Assembly (NCBI GenBank): GCA_951406725.2
Contig: OX597814.1
Span: 118,420,001 to 118,484,000 of the forward strand
DNA from: Octopus vulgaris
Lineage: Eukaryota
Direction: 5' to 3'
Length of the DNA: 64,000 nucleotides
Positions 26,374 through 40,553 of this stretch are shown here, in pieces. Positions within the stretch are counted from its first letter, which is position 1. Every line of letters starts with the position of its first letter. Both the position numbers and the translations under genes were made by a program. The notes below the pieces were generated by a model. The model searched no databases. It saw only the letters and a list, made by a program, of their open reading frames with translations, and was not told the DNA's origin.

Positions 26374-26599
26374 TATATAATATGCTACAAAAAGAAACTA
26401 GTACTGTTTTGAATGTATACCGAAAACCGAACGGTGTCGGGTCTACTAATCTCTGAGTAAAACGATTATGTGTAAGGGAGGTAACTAGTTCTGGATTTGG
26501 TGCATTTGGTAATGTGAATGGTGTATGGGATGTATAGGTGGTATTAATTGAATGGTAAGTAGTGTTCTGTATTATGTTATGTGCTGATATTGAGTTATG

Positions 26600-27650
26600 G
26601 AAGATATTTATCGATGGAAGTTGCCTCTTTATTCATTCTTCGTTGTACTGTGGTGTTCTGTGAACATTAATGGAAGAGGAAATTTAGGAAATTAGATTAA
26701 TATTCCTAGCACACTTTTCTATGTGCTCACTAACTTGTATCTGTCTGTATTGTGGGTGGTGGATTTGTTTTTTGTGGAAATTGGTTCTTCGACGGAGTGA
26801 TATTCCTGTTTGGCCAGTATAATGATTACCGGACGCTAAGCATGTAATGGTATAGATTAGATTTTCCGAGGCACATGGGAAATTTGATTTAATCTTAAAT
26901 ATTTCACGTTGTTTAAAGTGGAATATGGCCCCTCCAAAAGGTGGGGACATGTACCACATTTAGGTCGACCACATTTTTTCAAATTTGGTTCCGTTGCTAA
27001 TAGATATAGTCTTGCGCTGGTTAATAATGTTTTCAATGGTATAGGTTGCATTTTGCTTTTGATAATTGTGTGTGAGCCTAAAATTTTGTTTATCGAATTA
27101 TCTCCTGTGAGGATGGGTAGATTTTGGATGATAATGTTGAAGGCTTCCTTGTTTCTACGGTTATGTGTGGAGATGTATGGGAGTAATTTTAAGTCTCGTG
27201 TAGTATTTCCGTTGACTTCCCTTAATGTTCGTATAGCTATTTCCTTAGCTCGTTTAATGCCATCATTTATAAAAGATATAGGGTAATGTCTTTTGATTAG
27301 TATTGATCTGTGTTCAAGGAGTTTTCGTTCGCAAGTATAGACGTCCGAAACAATGATACAGATTCTTTTCGCTATATTATAAGGCATATTAATTTTTATG
27401 TGTTTGGTGTGGTATGAGTTGAATAATAGCTATTGTTTAGTATCTGTGGGTTTATAGAAGATGTATGTTTCGATGTGGTTATTGATTATTTTAATTAGGA
27501 TGTCAGTAAAATGGAGTTCTTTACTGCTGCACTCCGTAGAGAATTGTCTGTTGCTATTCATATTTTTAAGCCTCATTTTGAAATCGAGGAGTTTGTCCGT
27601 GCTGTCTTTCCGAAATATAAAGCGATCGTCCAAATGATAATTGTTATATT
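26600..27650 (-). mobile_element. Penelope-like element fragment: RT C-terminus + Cys linker + GIY-YIG endonuclease, frameshifted
   Basis: ORFs 27430-27633 (DDRFIF...YKPTDTKQ), 26857-27387 (PYNIAKRICIIVSD, CGRPKCGTC) and 26684-26959 (NLIYTITC...HYTGQTG.SLRRR). Confidence 0.88.
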
Positions 27651-27683
27651 TTCAGCTCTAGAATACCCATTACAAGGTTTATG

Positions 27684-27751
<68 letters not shown>

Positions 27752-27786
27752 CTATATATAGTCATACACACATATACACAGAAACG

Positions 27787-27818
<32 letters not shown>

Positions 27819-28280
27819 CACATATGTATGTCTGTATTTATATATGCATCCACATATGTAAAACTGTTATTTGAGAGTATACATTTTAGCATTTTTACAC
27901 ACATATCTATAATACATCAGTTACCTTAAGGATGGGGATATTGGCCCCGATGTTAAGTTTTCTAATCTTTTCACTTATCTTCAAATAACACCTAACCCCA
28001 AACTGCATTTCCCGTTCACCTCTGCCAGACCAGTGAAAATAATTGAATGTCAAAATTAATACTGTCATAACTGATTTGTACTATGTGCTTTGGGAATATA
28101 TTTTCTTACTTGATATCCGATTTATATCTGTGAAGAAACAATAGATTCGTTTGTACTGCCCAGTGGTCACGTTCTGTAAGTATTTAAGCTGATCATTCTC
28201 AACACAAACACATGACCCAACTTTAGAGAATGCAAATGGAATTTCAAATCATGAAATATTCCTAAACATGACTAAACATG

Positions 28281-28346
<66 letters not shown>

Positions 28347-29816
28347 AAATCTATCTATCTATCTATTTATCTATCTCTCTGTCTATCTCTTTCTATCTAT
28401 CTGTCTATCTGTCTATCTATTCTATTCTATTCTAACTATACTCATATATATGCATACACACATATACATGCACACATACACATACACACACACATATATA
28501 TATATACACAATAAATGAATAAATATTCGAAATTTTATATAGATATTAGTATTGATTGTTATCATTAGTAAAATGAATAATAACAACAATAATATAGGTG
28601 GCTAACAAGCACAAGCTGGTAAGCTGCAAATCCAAAATTTTATAATTAACTTATAATTATAATAGGACATATACGGTGCCAGCATTGTGGAAATCAGTTT
28701 CAAAAAATCCTTCAAGAAAACCACCAATCACTGGGAAAATAATGATCACAACAGAAATCGGGCTACGAGCAAAGAAATTAATTTACCATCTCGGCAGAAA
28801 GCCGTTGAATGAGGAAAGAGACACCGCTGTATATACATACATACTTACATACATGCATACATACATATATGCAAGTATGGATTCACATATGCCTGTGCGT
28901 GTATGTAAATATACATATGGCTACATATATGTATGTTTGTATCTATCGTTATGTGTGCACGTGTGTATGCAAACAGACACACACACGTTCGTATTTGTAT
29001 GTAATATCGCCAGCTTCTCACAGTTTCAATGCACGTTTCTTTTACCCCTGCTGTAGTTGATAAATTCTAATAAGTGGCCTTCTTATTAAAACTGATACTA
29101 CGATAATTAAGAAGGTTTCATGATGTACCACAGCCTTTAATAATCTCCCTATATTAGAAAATTCCCAACTTCAGAAATTTTATCATTGATCTTAATAGAT
29201 ATGTAAGGAAGCAAATCTTCCATCTCTAGTTTCTCTTTCAACACGTCCTTTGAAGCGTTTTTTCTTCTCTTTCTGAATGATAGGAACGTCTACATAAACA
29301 TCTTTCATTTCCTAGATCTGCTCGTGCATGAGAAGATATCTTTAAACCATATAAATTCATAAACGGATATAATTACTAAAGAAAAGAAAAATATAAATGT
29401 TTATTATATTAAATTTCGAGCAATTATTGTGGCGACAAATGCAAAATTGAGATATACAACTTCAATATTGGAGTTATCGTGATCTTGTCTCAATATATTT
29501 CGTTCTATCTTAAGAAAAAAAAAATGCTTAGTTGTGATTATAATTGCTGATTTCAGATATATATTATGAGAAGTGTCTTCTGAACGTTTACATTTCTTCT
29601 TATTTTTGTTGTACTTTTTGAAGACATTCATATCACTTGCTTGCTTGCAATGTCTTGATGCTAGAATAAGAAAAAATATCAAGGATATTAATAATAAACT
29701 TTTATTATTGCTAGCAGTCAAATCAAATTAAAATCTATAGGGAACACACAACCATACTCACACACACACACATACAGACATTCTGATAGACAATTAGATA
29801 AATAGATACATAGGTA

Positions 29817-30044
<228 letters not shown>

Positions 30045-30589
30045 TTATTGATGCTATTATAAAGCAGCAAGTACCGTCTATAGGTATGGACATTCTAGAA
30101 AGCAGATGCTTTGTCTACGGCTCTAACGCAAAGCTATATATGTGGTGGTCTGCTGTCAATAAATAAATGTTCGTGCCTTACTGGGTTACTTTCCGCAGAA
30201 TATTCTTATGACAGTCCCCAGATATGATACACTGCACTGTATCAATGGAGAAATTTAGTTCCCTAAAATTTTTGCAGTATTTCATGAAATAAAACTAGCA
30301 TTTTGCTCTGGTCCGAGCCTACTGATTCTTATATTTCATCATTTTTATATTCCATAGATTAATTTCATTATTTTTAACCTTCGATTTGACAATATATTGA
30401 CTGAAACTGAGAGCTTGTCTTTCGATTAGAGTTTCGAGGAACTCCGTATATGCGTGCGTGTGTGTGAGAATGGGTGTGTCTGTCTGCGTGTGTGAATATG
30501 TGTGTGAGTGTGTGTGTGTGTGTTTGTGTGATTATGCTTTTAAAGGGGTTTGTATTTACAGTATTGGTAAGATAATGCATTGAAGTGTT

Positions 30590-31150
30590 ATCGTGGTAAG
30601 TGTCCAGGATATCTGTCGACCTCACCTTCAGGTCGTCTATGACTTCCCTGTAGAGTGTAAGGTAAGTATCTAGAATGTTTTTCTCCTGGTGTGTTAGCAT
30701 ACATTTTGTTCTATGAATAGTGTATCCGAGAGTTTACACATATGACTTTGCATTTTATTCACATCTTAACATCACGAAAGATTAAAATCAACCTGGAGGG
30801 ATACGGTTGTTTTTATCTATGTCTATTATTACCACTTCTATCATACTAAGTCTTTCATCTACTTCATCATTGCGATTGCTGCTCTCTGACTCATGATACA
30901 GTGTGCAAGTATCTACGTTGAGTTGCTTGATCGCTATCATTGGTATTTTGAAAGCTGATCTAGTGTATATCAGCATGAGTGATTTCTTCATCGTCATGTA
31001 TGATTATTGCACCATGACGTTTCTCTTGCCAGTCAGTACGAACTTTCATGTCCTTTGATATGTGAATCTCTGTATCCGTTATATTTTAGCATTATTTAAG
31101 TTTCTGTGAATGCCTGGTATAGATATAGCTTGATTATAATTACCTAGGTC
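30590..31150 (-). mobile_element. Decayed LINE APE endonuclease (CR1/L2-like)
   Basis: Collinear ITDTEIHI..RTDWQEKRHGAII (cf. RxDR..GGGV), RIPPG and THQEKNILDTYLT (cf. PTH..NxLDLxxT). Confidence 0.55.
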
Positions 31151-31988
31151 ACAGAGGTACATAATTTTACAAATTCTTTGAATTTTTAAAAAACAAACAT
31201 CAACAATTTATCAGTTGGATGCAATATTGTACGCTGCGGTTTGATTCGAGGCGAAAAATGTGGCCATCTTGCATAGATGTGAACGGATTTATCAGTGAAT
31301 ACAGACACGGACAAATTACTTCTCTTTATGGCAACAAGACAAACTTTAGGTGGGCATCATAAGTGAGTCAGTCCCTGATAGTAATTTTCCTGACATCTTT
31401 GTTACAAATTTCGAAATTAGAGGTATTTCTTTAAATTTCATTTCGGTTTTTGATCCATGCATTCGAGTGTGGTAGTTTGCGTTTTCAGCATGGTTCGCAA
31501 GATTTTTCTATAATAACAAATTAACTTCCCGTAATTCAAATGCCCCACCCTTACTGCTTTGTAGGTTGCACATTCCTTGCTCCAACGTCTAAGCTTTATT
31601 TTCGTTTTTCATGATAGTGTTTATCACATCTAAATAAACGTAAACGTACGTAAGAGTAGGCAGATTTGGCTTTTACTCCTATTTGCGCCATTTTATCCAT
31701 AATTCGTGTGAACCTTTGATTAGGATGATCGTAGGTTGTCTGGATATAGCGCCTACAATTACGTGAGAAGATCTTCTAACAGCCAGTTTTGCCTCACATT
31801 ATCTTTTGCCTAATATTTACTCGAGTCTCGTATTGAATTAGGTTGAATATACCGGCTTCCTTCTGTTGTCTTGTTACTGTGTATATAAACGTTCTTATTT
31901 CTATGCCTTAGTTTGAAGAATCTTAAACGGAGATATGGAGAAGAAACCGAAGTAATTGTTCTGATTATTTTGGAGAGAATAGAAATAT

Positions 31989-32137
31989 TTACATTATTTA
32001 CATTTGACGGATATTTGTCCGCATCTTGCTTGTTAACACAACGTTTCGGCTGATATACCTTCCAGAATTCATCAGGTGTCTCGGGAAATTTCGAATCTGA
32101 GTTATCATTCCTAAGGTATGTTGTTGTTGCTGTTGTT

Positions 32138-32168
<31 letters not shown>

Positions 32169-32261
32169 TCATTATTAATATTATTATTGTCATTCAGGTC
32201 ACTGCCTGGAATCGAACTCGAAATCTTGGAGTTAGTAGCCAGCGCTCTTAACCACTATGCC
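31989..32261 (-). mobile_element. Composite SINE-like element: tRNA-like head + (AAT)n + hammerhead ribozyme module, 10-bp TSD
   Basis: A-box TGGCATAGTGG and B-box GAGTTCGATTCC (32195-32262); (AAT)n; GACAC-CTGATGA...CAGCC-GAAA-CGTT-GTGTT (32035-32080); ATAGAAATAT at 31979-31988 and 32262-32271. Confidence 0.75.
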
Positions 32262-32639
32262 ATAGAAATATAGTGTGAAAGTTAAATTCAATCTAATTTA
32301 ATCAATCGTACATAAGAAATGATCGATAAAGTATACAGGAAACCATTACTGTAAGCTATCTTCTTCAGAGCTGGTTTTGAAAAAGATAAGGTTCATAAGC
32401 CTGAAACATGAACACGACCAACACATAACCAAAATTGCTGTAAGCCTATAATGAATAAAAAATGCATATAATCCATAATTTCTGTCTACTTCATATATCA
32501 TTCTGTAAAAACATATTATCTCAACTTGGTAACGGTACCATGGTTCAGAAATTTGATTGGTGATAGACTTTGATTTCTTACAATACCGATCACAAGACAT
32601 TTTATTATGTACATACACACACACAAACTCAAACATACA

Positions 32640-32719
<80 letters not shown>

Positions 32720-33922
32720 CATATGCACACACATATACACACACATATATATATGTACATATGCACATAGATATGTCTGTCCTTGTTTGTCCCCTCTCTT
32801 TCGCCTACAGGGGGCTAAACATAGGGGAGGCGACAAACAAGATGGTCCAGCATGGCCGCAGTCATGTAACTGCAACAAGTAAAAGAACAATATATATATA
32901 TATATATATGTATATATGTAATGAATATATAAGCATATATATGTTTATATGCATACACTTACACGTATATGGATATATATTCCTGTATGTATGTACATAT
33001 GTATGAATATGTGTATGTATGTTTGTATGTGTTGTATGTATGATTGTGTGTATTTTTGTGTATGTATTATATTACATCATTTACACTCACACGTTTTTCT
33101 ATACATACTCAAACTTCAAACATATACAAAATATAGAGCGATTATATCTATATAGAACTCCAGGTATGCCAGGCTTAGTCATGCATTTGAGATATGAAAA
33201 ATATTAATGTTTAGTCTTTATCTACTGTATTAATATTTTCTGCTTTTACCGCGATATAGATTTGCATTTGCCATTGAAAATATCATATCATCCAACATAT
33301 CTTTTCGATAAATAACGAATTATAATTGAACTCTTTAGAAATATCGATACGTAGCAGTATTTAATGTGTTGACCATGGTATATACTTATACATATCATAT
33401 GAAATCGCCGATCGACGCATTAATACGTTTACGTCCATAGTAATATATTCATAAATCTTCTATGGAAAAGTTCAATATACCCTGTGTCTGATATCTAATA
33501 TAATCGCTGTCCGGAAAGTGCATACGATTTACGTTTTAATATGTGTTTCAATTGGAGATACTTACCTACGTATATACACATATATTTATGTGATTTTAGG
33601 AATAAGTGTGAGCGTTTTGAATATACAAATATATATACAAACCACACTCACACGTACAATATTTTAAGTGATTTGTACTACATTAAGCTCCATGTTCAGT
33701 GAAATAAATTTGACTATTTTATTTCAAACGATCGCGACATTCGTTTGCAGAAAGAGCGCTGAAATTAAGTGTTCTTTAACTGTACGTCCGTCACGACCGT
33801 TCGGTAGACAGCAATTAGTGATCGAACAGATGAAACTGTAATTAAGAATTTTGTGTTCGTTATAATTATGTTTATAATACTGGAAGCAGTTACATGTTTA
33901 AACATTACGTTGCAATTATTAA

Positions 33923-35263
33923 GCCATTAGTGCCCAAGCTTTCTTCTTTAATTTCTTACCACAATTTTTTTATACATCTTTATCTGATACTAAATATATA
34001 AAAGAAAAATTATTACAATATTCTACGAAAATATACAGTTTTAGTTTGGTCCCTTTGTTAGAGGACAATGGGTATATGGCATGCTTTTGTTCAGAAAACA
34101 GGATTTTTTATGTAGAATACTTGATTTGAAAACGGAAAATATATCTAAAAAATCACCCTTTTATTTATTATTAATTCAAATGAAATGCATATTACTTGAA
34201 AGAAAAAAAAAAAATTATTTCCTGAACAATCTAAATATAGATTACTTCGAATGCCATTGTTGAAACATTCCCCCATATGACGATCAACATCGCATTTTAC
34301 ACATTATTTTGAAACATTTTTTTCTCGCAAAAGTCACATTTTCTTTGTTTCCTTCGCTCTGTTCCATCAAGAATATGTCCAGTTGTAGAAAATCTAATTT
34401 CTCTCTCAATCTTTTTCCAAGAGAAATCTGATCTTTTCTTCCTTTTCCCTTTGTGTTGTGTTAGTTTTTCGTTATCATAACGATGAAGCTCAAGACTTCC
34501 TGACACTTCCTGCAAGATAAAGGTCGCATCTCTATTCTCATCATCTAAAATCTCATCATTAAATTCTTCTTCATCATTTTATTTACTGGTGGAGGGATTT
34601 CTACAATATCAATAAAGTTTTCATTACTAGGAGTTTCATTTTTCCTTACATAATTTACTGCATCATGAATTGAACAGAATAACTTGACTGAATGGTAGAA
34701 AGCCATGGGAAAGTCTCTGAAAATTAAACTAAAATAAAAATAACAAAGAAAGAAAATAATTTTTTTTTTTCCCAGCTGTCTATACATAGAAAATGTTTTC
34801 AGCATGAATAAGTTGTACCCCTGCAAACCGTTTTCTCTTTTATGCAACACCCATAGAAAACGGGGAAAGAAATTGTGTTCTACTGACTATGGTTCTTACA
34901 TTAGGACCAAATTTTTAGAGCATGCTATATTTTAGCAAAATTACTTTCAAAAGTTTACTTGACTTTATAGAATAGTTCGAACAATTATTTTTACTACATA
35001 CAAATATGGGTTGGATATAAGTAATACTTACTAAAAAATGTTTGATTGAATAATAGATGAAACTGAGTGTATTGTTTCCCTTCAAGACTTTTACACTGTA
35101 CTGAAAACGGAGACATCAGTGTTGCCAGTACACATCAGACAGTAGGGGTAATATTTGAAAGATAACTAACTAAAGATATCTCACAAATATACAGGTGTTG
35201 TGTTGTAGAAATATGATGAATTAATTTTCTGCTCCTAAAAAAGGGACCATGGACACTAATGGG
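33923..35263 (-). mobile_element. Internally deleted piggyBac-superfamily DNA transposon (PGBD2/3-like)
   Basis: TTAA TSDs at 33919-33922 and 35264-35267; TIRs GCCATTAGTGCCCA / TGGACACTAATGGG; N-terminal DIVEIPPP joined to C-terminal Cys-rich GH...QRKCDFC..KCDV..H..ECF. Confidence 0.85.
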
Positions 35264-37636
35264 TTAATGTTGCAGTGTACGTTGAAAGCAACTTCATTTA
35301 CGCATTTTGGAAGCCTAAGTCGTGATTCTTCCTTATCATTTTCAAGTTTCCTTTCAAGTTCCAATCCCCAGCAAGGAACTTTGGCATCATCACAGGATAT
35401 CACGATAAAAGCATGCTGTATCGATCACGATATTTCTTTGCAGAGAATCCTTTGTGTTGTCGTGATTATCGTTTAGCAATGAAATATCTTTAAGAACACA
35501 CAATAACATTGATTTGTAAGCACTCATCTTTCCAGAGAGCTGAATATTAAAGCTTCATAATGCTTCAGCTAACAAGAAATGATAATGAAAGAAACGTCGA
35601 TGCTATATGATGTGCAGTAAACTATCACAACTCTCTGGAGCCACCTATATAACATTTCACTTATTAAGTTGTCATTTAACTCTATAAACAAATATATTCT
35701 CTTTTCATAGGAAAAATGCTTCATAGCTTAATGTAGTATCGGTGGCTAAACAACCTTCTTACCTATCACATTCTCCTCAAAGATACATTGCGTTCCAAAT
35801 GTCTTTGAAGATCAAGTTAATTCTAGCAAACGCAGACAACAATGAGTTACTGAACGCCGGTTAAGATTTAATATAAGTAATAATTATCGCCCCCAGACGA
35901 TACTGCTATTTTAAAATCAGGGGAGACCTCCTCCAGCATGTTATTGAATGCTAAGCGCACTCAATATATATTACAAGCGGAGAGAGAAATCCCTACTATT
36001 CTAGCTCAAATACCACCTGATGACATGACTGTGATCTCATTTCGGCCATCATCAGTGGTGGATACTCGTCTGCTAGACATAACAATAATACAGATTTTGT
36101 GAAGATTTAACACATTTATATCTAATCTAAAAGAACTCAATATGTTCGTTGGAAGTTACGGAGGTTGACGAAACTCGAAGGAGAGCAGACATGTGCACCA
36201 TTTACCTCTGTTCTCACGTTTCACTTCACGAACATATTGCAAAAACATAATGTTGTTATACGTCTCAACATATAGCATTCACTAAATATCTATCGATATC
36301 TTTATGCCATAGCAACAAAACAAAGCACTATCAACGCACCAACCACTTGATGCTCTACATACTTATCCATTTACGAAGTAAAGGCAATTATCACGAAGGA
36401 AGAATAAAAGTATTTCTTTATATTGTTTGCCATATATCTCAGGATTCTTATGTAGCGGAATAATAGAGCTATGTTCCTTTCACTTCTTTTAACGCTTCCT
36501 TGTCTATCTTGAGAACCTGAAGGGGTAAGTATTATTCATATGCCCACTGTATATGTCGAAGAAATAGCTCGATAAATTTATGATTTCGTGAATACCTTCC
36601 ATAGATAATGTAATAGTGATGCTATTAAATTCCTAGTTAGACTTCAGATTGTCACTTTGATGTAAGATTATTTCATTCTATGTAATTAGTAATTATCAGG
36701 CCAATTATCTCATCAAAATAAAGATCACGTGTTGTTTTCACATTATTTCAAAAATCATAAAAACTCTGTGTTTCATGGGGAAATGTAAAATTATTAGCTA
36801 TACCAGACTATTCTTTCATAGTTGCTATTGTTGCTTTTATTACCTGGTTAGCCCTCATCAAACAGTTCCGTATTTGAAACTAATTTTACTCCTCCCGTAT
36901 CTTTTTATATACAGACATACAGGTTCCATAATTATCTTTTCATGTCTAAAACGGTAGGATGCAGTTGTTATTTCTACGATGCTGCTGTTATTGTGCAGAT
37001 CAACTGGAAATAACACGTCCCCTAATTGGCTTTCTACTTCCATACAAAAGCGCAGTCGAAGTTTATAATTTCTATGTGATTTTTGTCGTTCTGTGTGTCA
37101 TCAATATTATATGTTTTGCAGTTGTTGTGTATTATTTTGGTGGAGAGTTAAATTTGAACATAACCTATAATCTCCCTGTAGGGATACTTTATGATACAAT
37201 GCTTAACTATACATAGAACATACTGCTGACAGACGACTGATTGTTTCCAGAAAAGGCATTGCTTATTTTCATTAGTTCTAAGAACTAATCATATACTACC
37301 CAACGTAATTGCTTCCTACTTTTAAATGACATGCAACATTTAGCCATCGGTGACGAGTCATGAATAATGAAGTAAAATTGTTTTGCCACATAAGACGTCT
37401 TAATGCTGAAACTGAAACTTGCTCTACGGCAACAATACTTGTTTCAAACAAAGACGCATTGATACAGTGCCTTCGATATTCAGTTTTACTGAGCGTACAT
37501 TTCAGCATTGGTAAAGTGTACAACAGATATTTAATTAAATTAAATTTTCATTAACAAACAGTTTATTATTCCTACATAAATATCGCTGACAATTCACCGA
37601 CAGACAATTCACACACTGCCTCAGACTCAACATCAT

Positions 37637-37925
37637 TCGATTCCCAGACCGGGCGTTGTGTGTGTTTATTGAGCGAAAACGCCTAAAGCCCCACAAGGCT
37701 CCGGCGGGGGTTGGCGGTGACCCCAGATGTACTCTTTCGCTCCAAATTTCTCTCACTCTTTCTTCCTGTTTCTTGTTCCCGACTTCCTACGCAACCGCTG
37801 AGCCTGGATGCGCATTCATCCATCCGTCGATGCTCTCGGTGTTCGGGGTTTGACCTGCTTTCTCTTCTGCGGGTCTTATGAAGAGCAAAGGACCACGTTT
37901 CGGACTTCTCACACTGAAGACAGTC
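37637..37925 (+). mobile_element. 5'-truncated tRNA-derived SINE (body shared with 40243 and 48862 copies)
   Basis: TTCGATTCCCAGACCGGGC...GAGCGAAAACGCCTAAAGC...TTTCTCTCAC. Confidence 0.75.
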
Positions 37926-37964
37926 CTGAGACGCTCAACAAACAAACAAACAAGCAAACAGACT

Positions 37965-38065
37965 GAGCATCAAGTGCTTGGAGGAGGTTGTGCTGATCTG
38001 GATCAAGATGTGGCTGCTGGAACACCCTATATCTGGCAAAAGGATTCTGCACCATACCACACAAT
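37965..38065 (+). mobile_element. Tc1/mariner-superfamily transposase fragment
   Basis: IKCLEEVVL.WIK / VAAGTPYIWQKDSAPYHT resembles the second-Asp motif QQDxAPxH. Confidence 0.6.
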
Positions 38066-38977
38066 TGTCCTCTCTGTAACTTGTCTGACGGCCAACGGTC
38101 TGTTGACGAATTGTCCCTCTACCCATAAATATATTCTGAGCCTTGTATGTGAATGTTCAGATGTCTTTCTATGGTCATTGATTCCAAAACTGATGAATCA
38201 CGTAATATTTAATTTAGATTTTCAGAGCCACACCATGAAAAACTGTATTATCTAGTTTTTGATAGTTTTGAAATTAATAATAAGTCGTTACACACCTCTT
38301 AATTACGTAACTTGCTTCTGATTTTTAATCCCTATGATGATGCAATCAACTGTTGGAATAAATTTCCAACCTGAAAGAAACTCTGATATACAGATATTTC
38401 TTTTGAAGTAGTAGAGTAATATAACGAATCGCAAAACTAACGAGAAACAGTAGTTTTGTAGCTTGAAGTAAGTTGATCCAACTCTATGTACTCTGCTCAT
38501 TATCAATGGCAATATCATAGTATTTATCATTAACGACATTGTTGTGAACATCGCTTTAACAACTGTCTTTCAATGATTTCATTGCATTAGACTGGATAGC
38601 CGCAAGCATCATATCACCACTCTGCATTAACAACTAATATCTCACCACGGTCAGTGTATGTATTTCTTCACCTTTGCCAGTTACTTTCCTGAGACAAATA
38701 ATGATATCTTTCATATAACACAAATCGCATATCATAATTATATATTCGTGGAAAGGAAATCCAGTGATTTCGATACTCAACCACATTTTCAAGTCGCTTT
38801 CTTCATTAACATGACCATAACCAGGCCTATGTTCTCCTCAACGTTAGTGAGTCTAATATAACTTCAAATGATGATAATTGAAATCTTGCATAGAGTAAGG
38901 GTTTTCTCTCAGTATAACTTTATTCCTTTCAGTCATTTCCTTCTCTTTCTGGAAGAAAAAATCATTTGGGGTTACCT

Positions 38978-39389
38978 CTGGAAAATGATGGACTTCTCTA
39001 TGTTAAAATAGCCCAATAAAGGCAGTATACCATAACGGCACCCTTCCCTCTCTGCCAAAGAGTTGAATATACACGACATGTTATGGCTTAATAAAGCTTA
39101 GTGTTGCAGGTGCCACCTGGAAAATGATGGACTTCTCCAGGTCAAAATAGCCCAACAAAAACAGTATGTCACAACGGCACCCTTCTCTCTCTGCCAAAGA
39201 GTTGAATATACACGACATGTTATGGCTTAATAAAGCTTAGTGTTGCAGGTGCCACCTGGAAAATGATGGACTTCTCCAGGTCAAAATAGCTCAACAAAAA
39301 CAGTATGTCACAACGGCACCCTTCTCTCTCTGCCAAAGTGTTAAATACACACATGTTATGGCTTAATAAACCTTAGTTGTTTCAGGTGC
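38978..39389. repeat. Tandem repeat, 3 x 139 bp
   Basis: CTGGAAAATGATGGACTTCTC starts at 38978, 39117 and 39256. Confidence 0.95.
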
Positions 39390-40242
39390 ATAGTGTACGA
39401 AAATAAAATTTCGAAATGTATACATTAGTGATTATCGATCGAATAGTAAACGTGAATAGATCAGTAGCAAAATCTACAGGTAGTGATGTATAGGAAACTT
39501 GCAAGCTGAAATTAGCTGGGTAATTATGTATGTGAAATTAGCTATTTAATTAAATACACAATATAAAATTCCAGTTAGAATTAAAACTAAATTAAATGCC
39601 GATGAGTAAGAGAGAACTGTATGACGAGAAATGATTATGTAAATAGCATATAAGACTTCCCAGACACAGCGAGCCGATAATATGAATTTGATTTAAGCAT
39701 AGCAACTTTTATGTTTTCTCATCTGAGAGGGGAAGTTTGAACTCATGATGCCTTAATTTTCTGAATCCGAGATATTAGCAAATAAAAGAAGGGTTAAAAC
39801 ATAGGCTTTGCTTGAATACTTGTAGCATAGTGAATACTGCAAATGGAAGCCGAGAGTCAGTGGGGAAGGACTAAACATGAAGAAATTAAATGCAATGACA
39901 ACATCACAATTCAGCACCGTCGAAACTCTCATAATCTGCACTTAATCGCCTTCCGCTAATATTGCATATCGTATGGTATTATGAAATACAAAGTTTACGT
40001 CAGCGGGGTTAGTATCGGAAGGTAGATGACCGGGAGAAGACCTTAAAATCAATTTGCTCTAGACCTAATGATTTAGAGTATTCAGGGAACTAAAGGCGTA
40101 TATATTATCAGCTACTATGTGGCTGTATTAAATATATGTATTAAATCTCAAATTGTACAATTACGTAATCCATGGTGTGTAATAACATAATGCTCTTCCT
40201 CTCCTAATATCTCTAGATACAAACGAAATGATAGGGCTAACC

Positions 40243-40553
40243 TGTTTGTTGTTTGTTCCTTCTCGAGCCATGACTGGCTCATAAGGGCCGGTTTTCCGGT
40301 TTCCTTGGCGTATAGGTTCCCCACCTGGACGGGACGCCGGTCCGTCGCAGGTGAGCCGCATGATTCAGGAGGAAAAAGTGAGAGAAAGTTGTGGCGAAAA
40401 ATGTCATCAGAAGTTCGCCATTACCTTCTGCTGGAGCCGCGTGGAGCTTAGGTGTTTCGCTCATAAACACACACGTTGCCCGGTCTGAGATTCGAACCCG
40501 CGATCCCTCAACCGTGAGTCCACTGCTCTAACCACTAGGCCATGTGCCTCCAC
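40243..40553 (-). mobile_element. Full-length tRNA-derived SINE with V-domain-like 3' part
   Basis: A-box TGGCCTAGTGG, B-box GGTTCGAATC, CCTGCGACGGACCGGCGTCCCGTCCAG segment, CAAA-repeat tail. Confidence 0.88.

Noticed and set aside
29404-29721. 105-aa ORF with signal-peptide-like N-terminus
   Set aside because: Non-ATG start, T-rich origin of the hydrophobic stretch, no recognisable domain.
30570-30660. Plus-strand NALKCYRGKC resembling a three-finger (Ly6/uPAR) protein start
   Set aside because: In-frame stops and missing cysteines; better explained as antisense of the APE relic.
36010-36062. CTGATGA...GAAA on the minus strand within a small hairpin
   Set aside because: No stem I partner after a valid NUH site; single copy.
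38978-39389. CRISPR-like array
   Set aside because: Whole units repeat with no unique spacers; eukaryotic context with no cas genes.
40480-40553. Functional tRNA gene (also 32195-32262)
   Set aside because: A/B boxes are present but there is no proper acceptor stem, and the sequence continues into repeat bodies; these are SINE heads.
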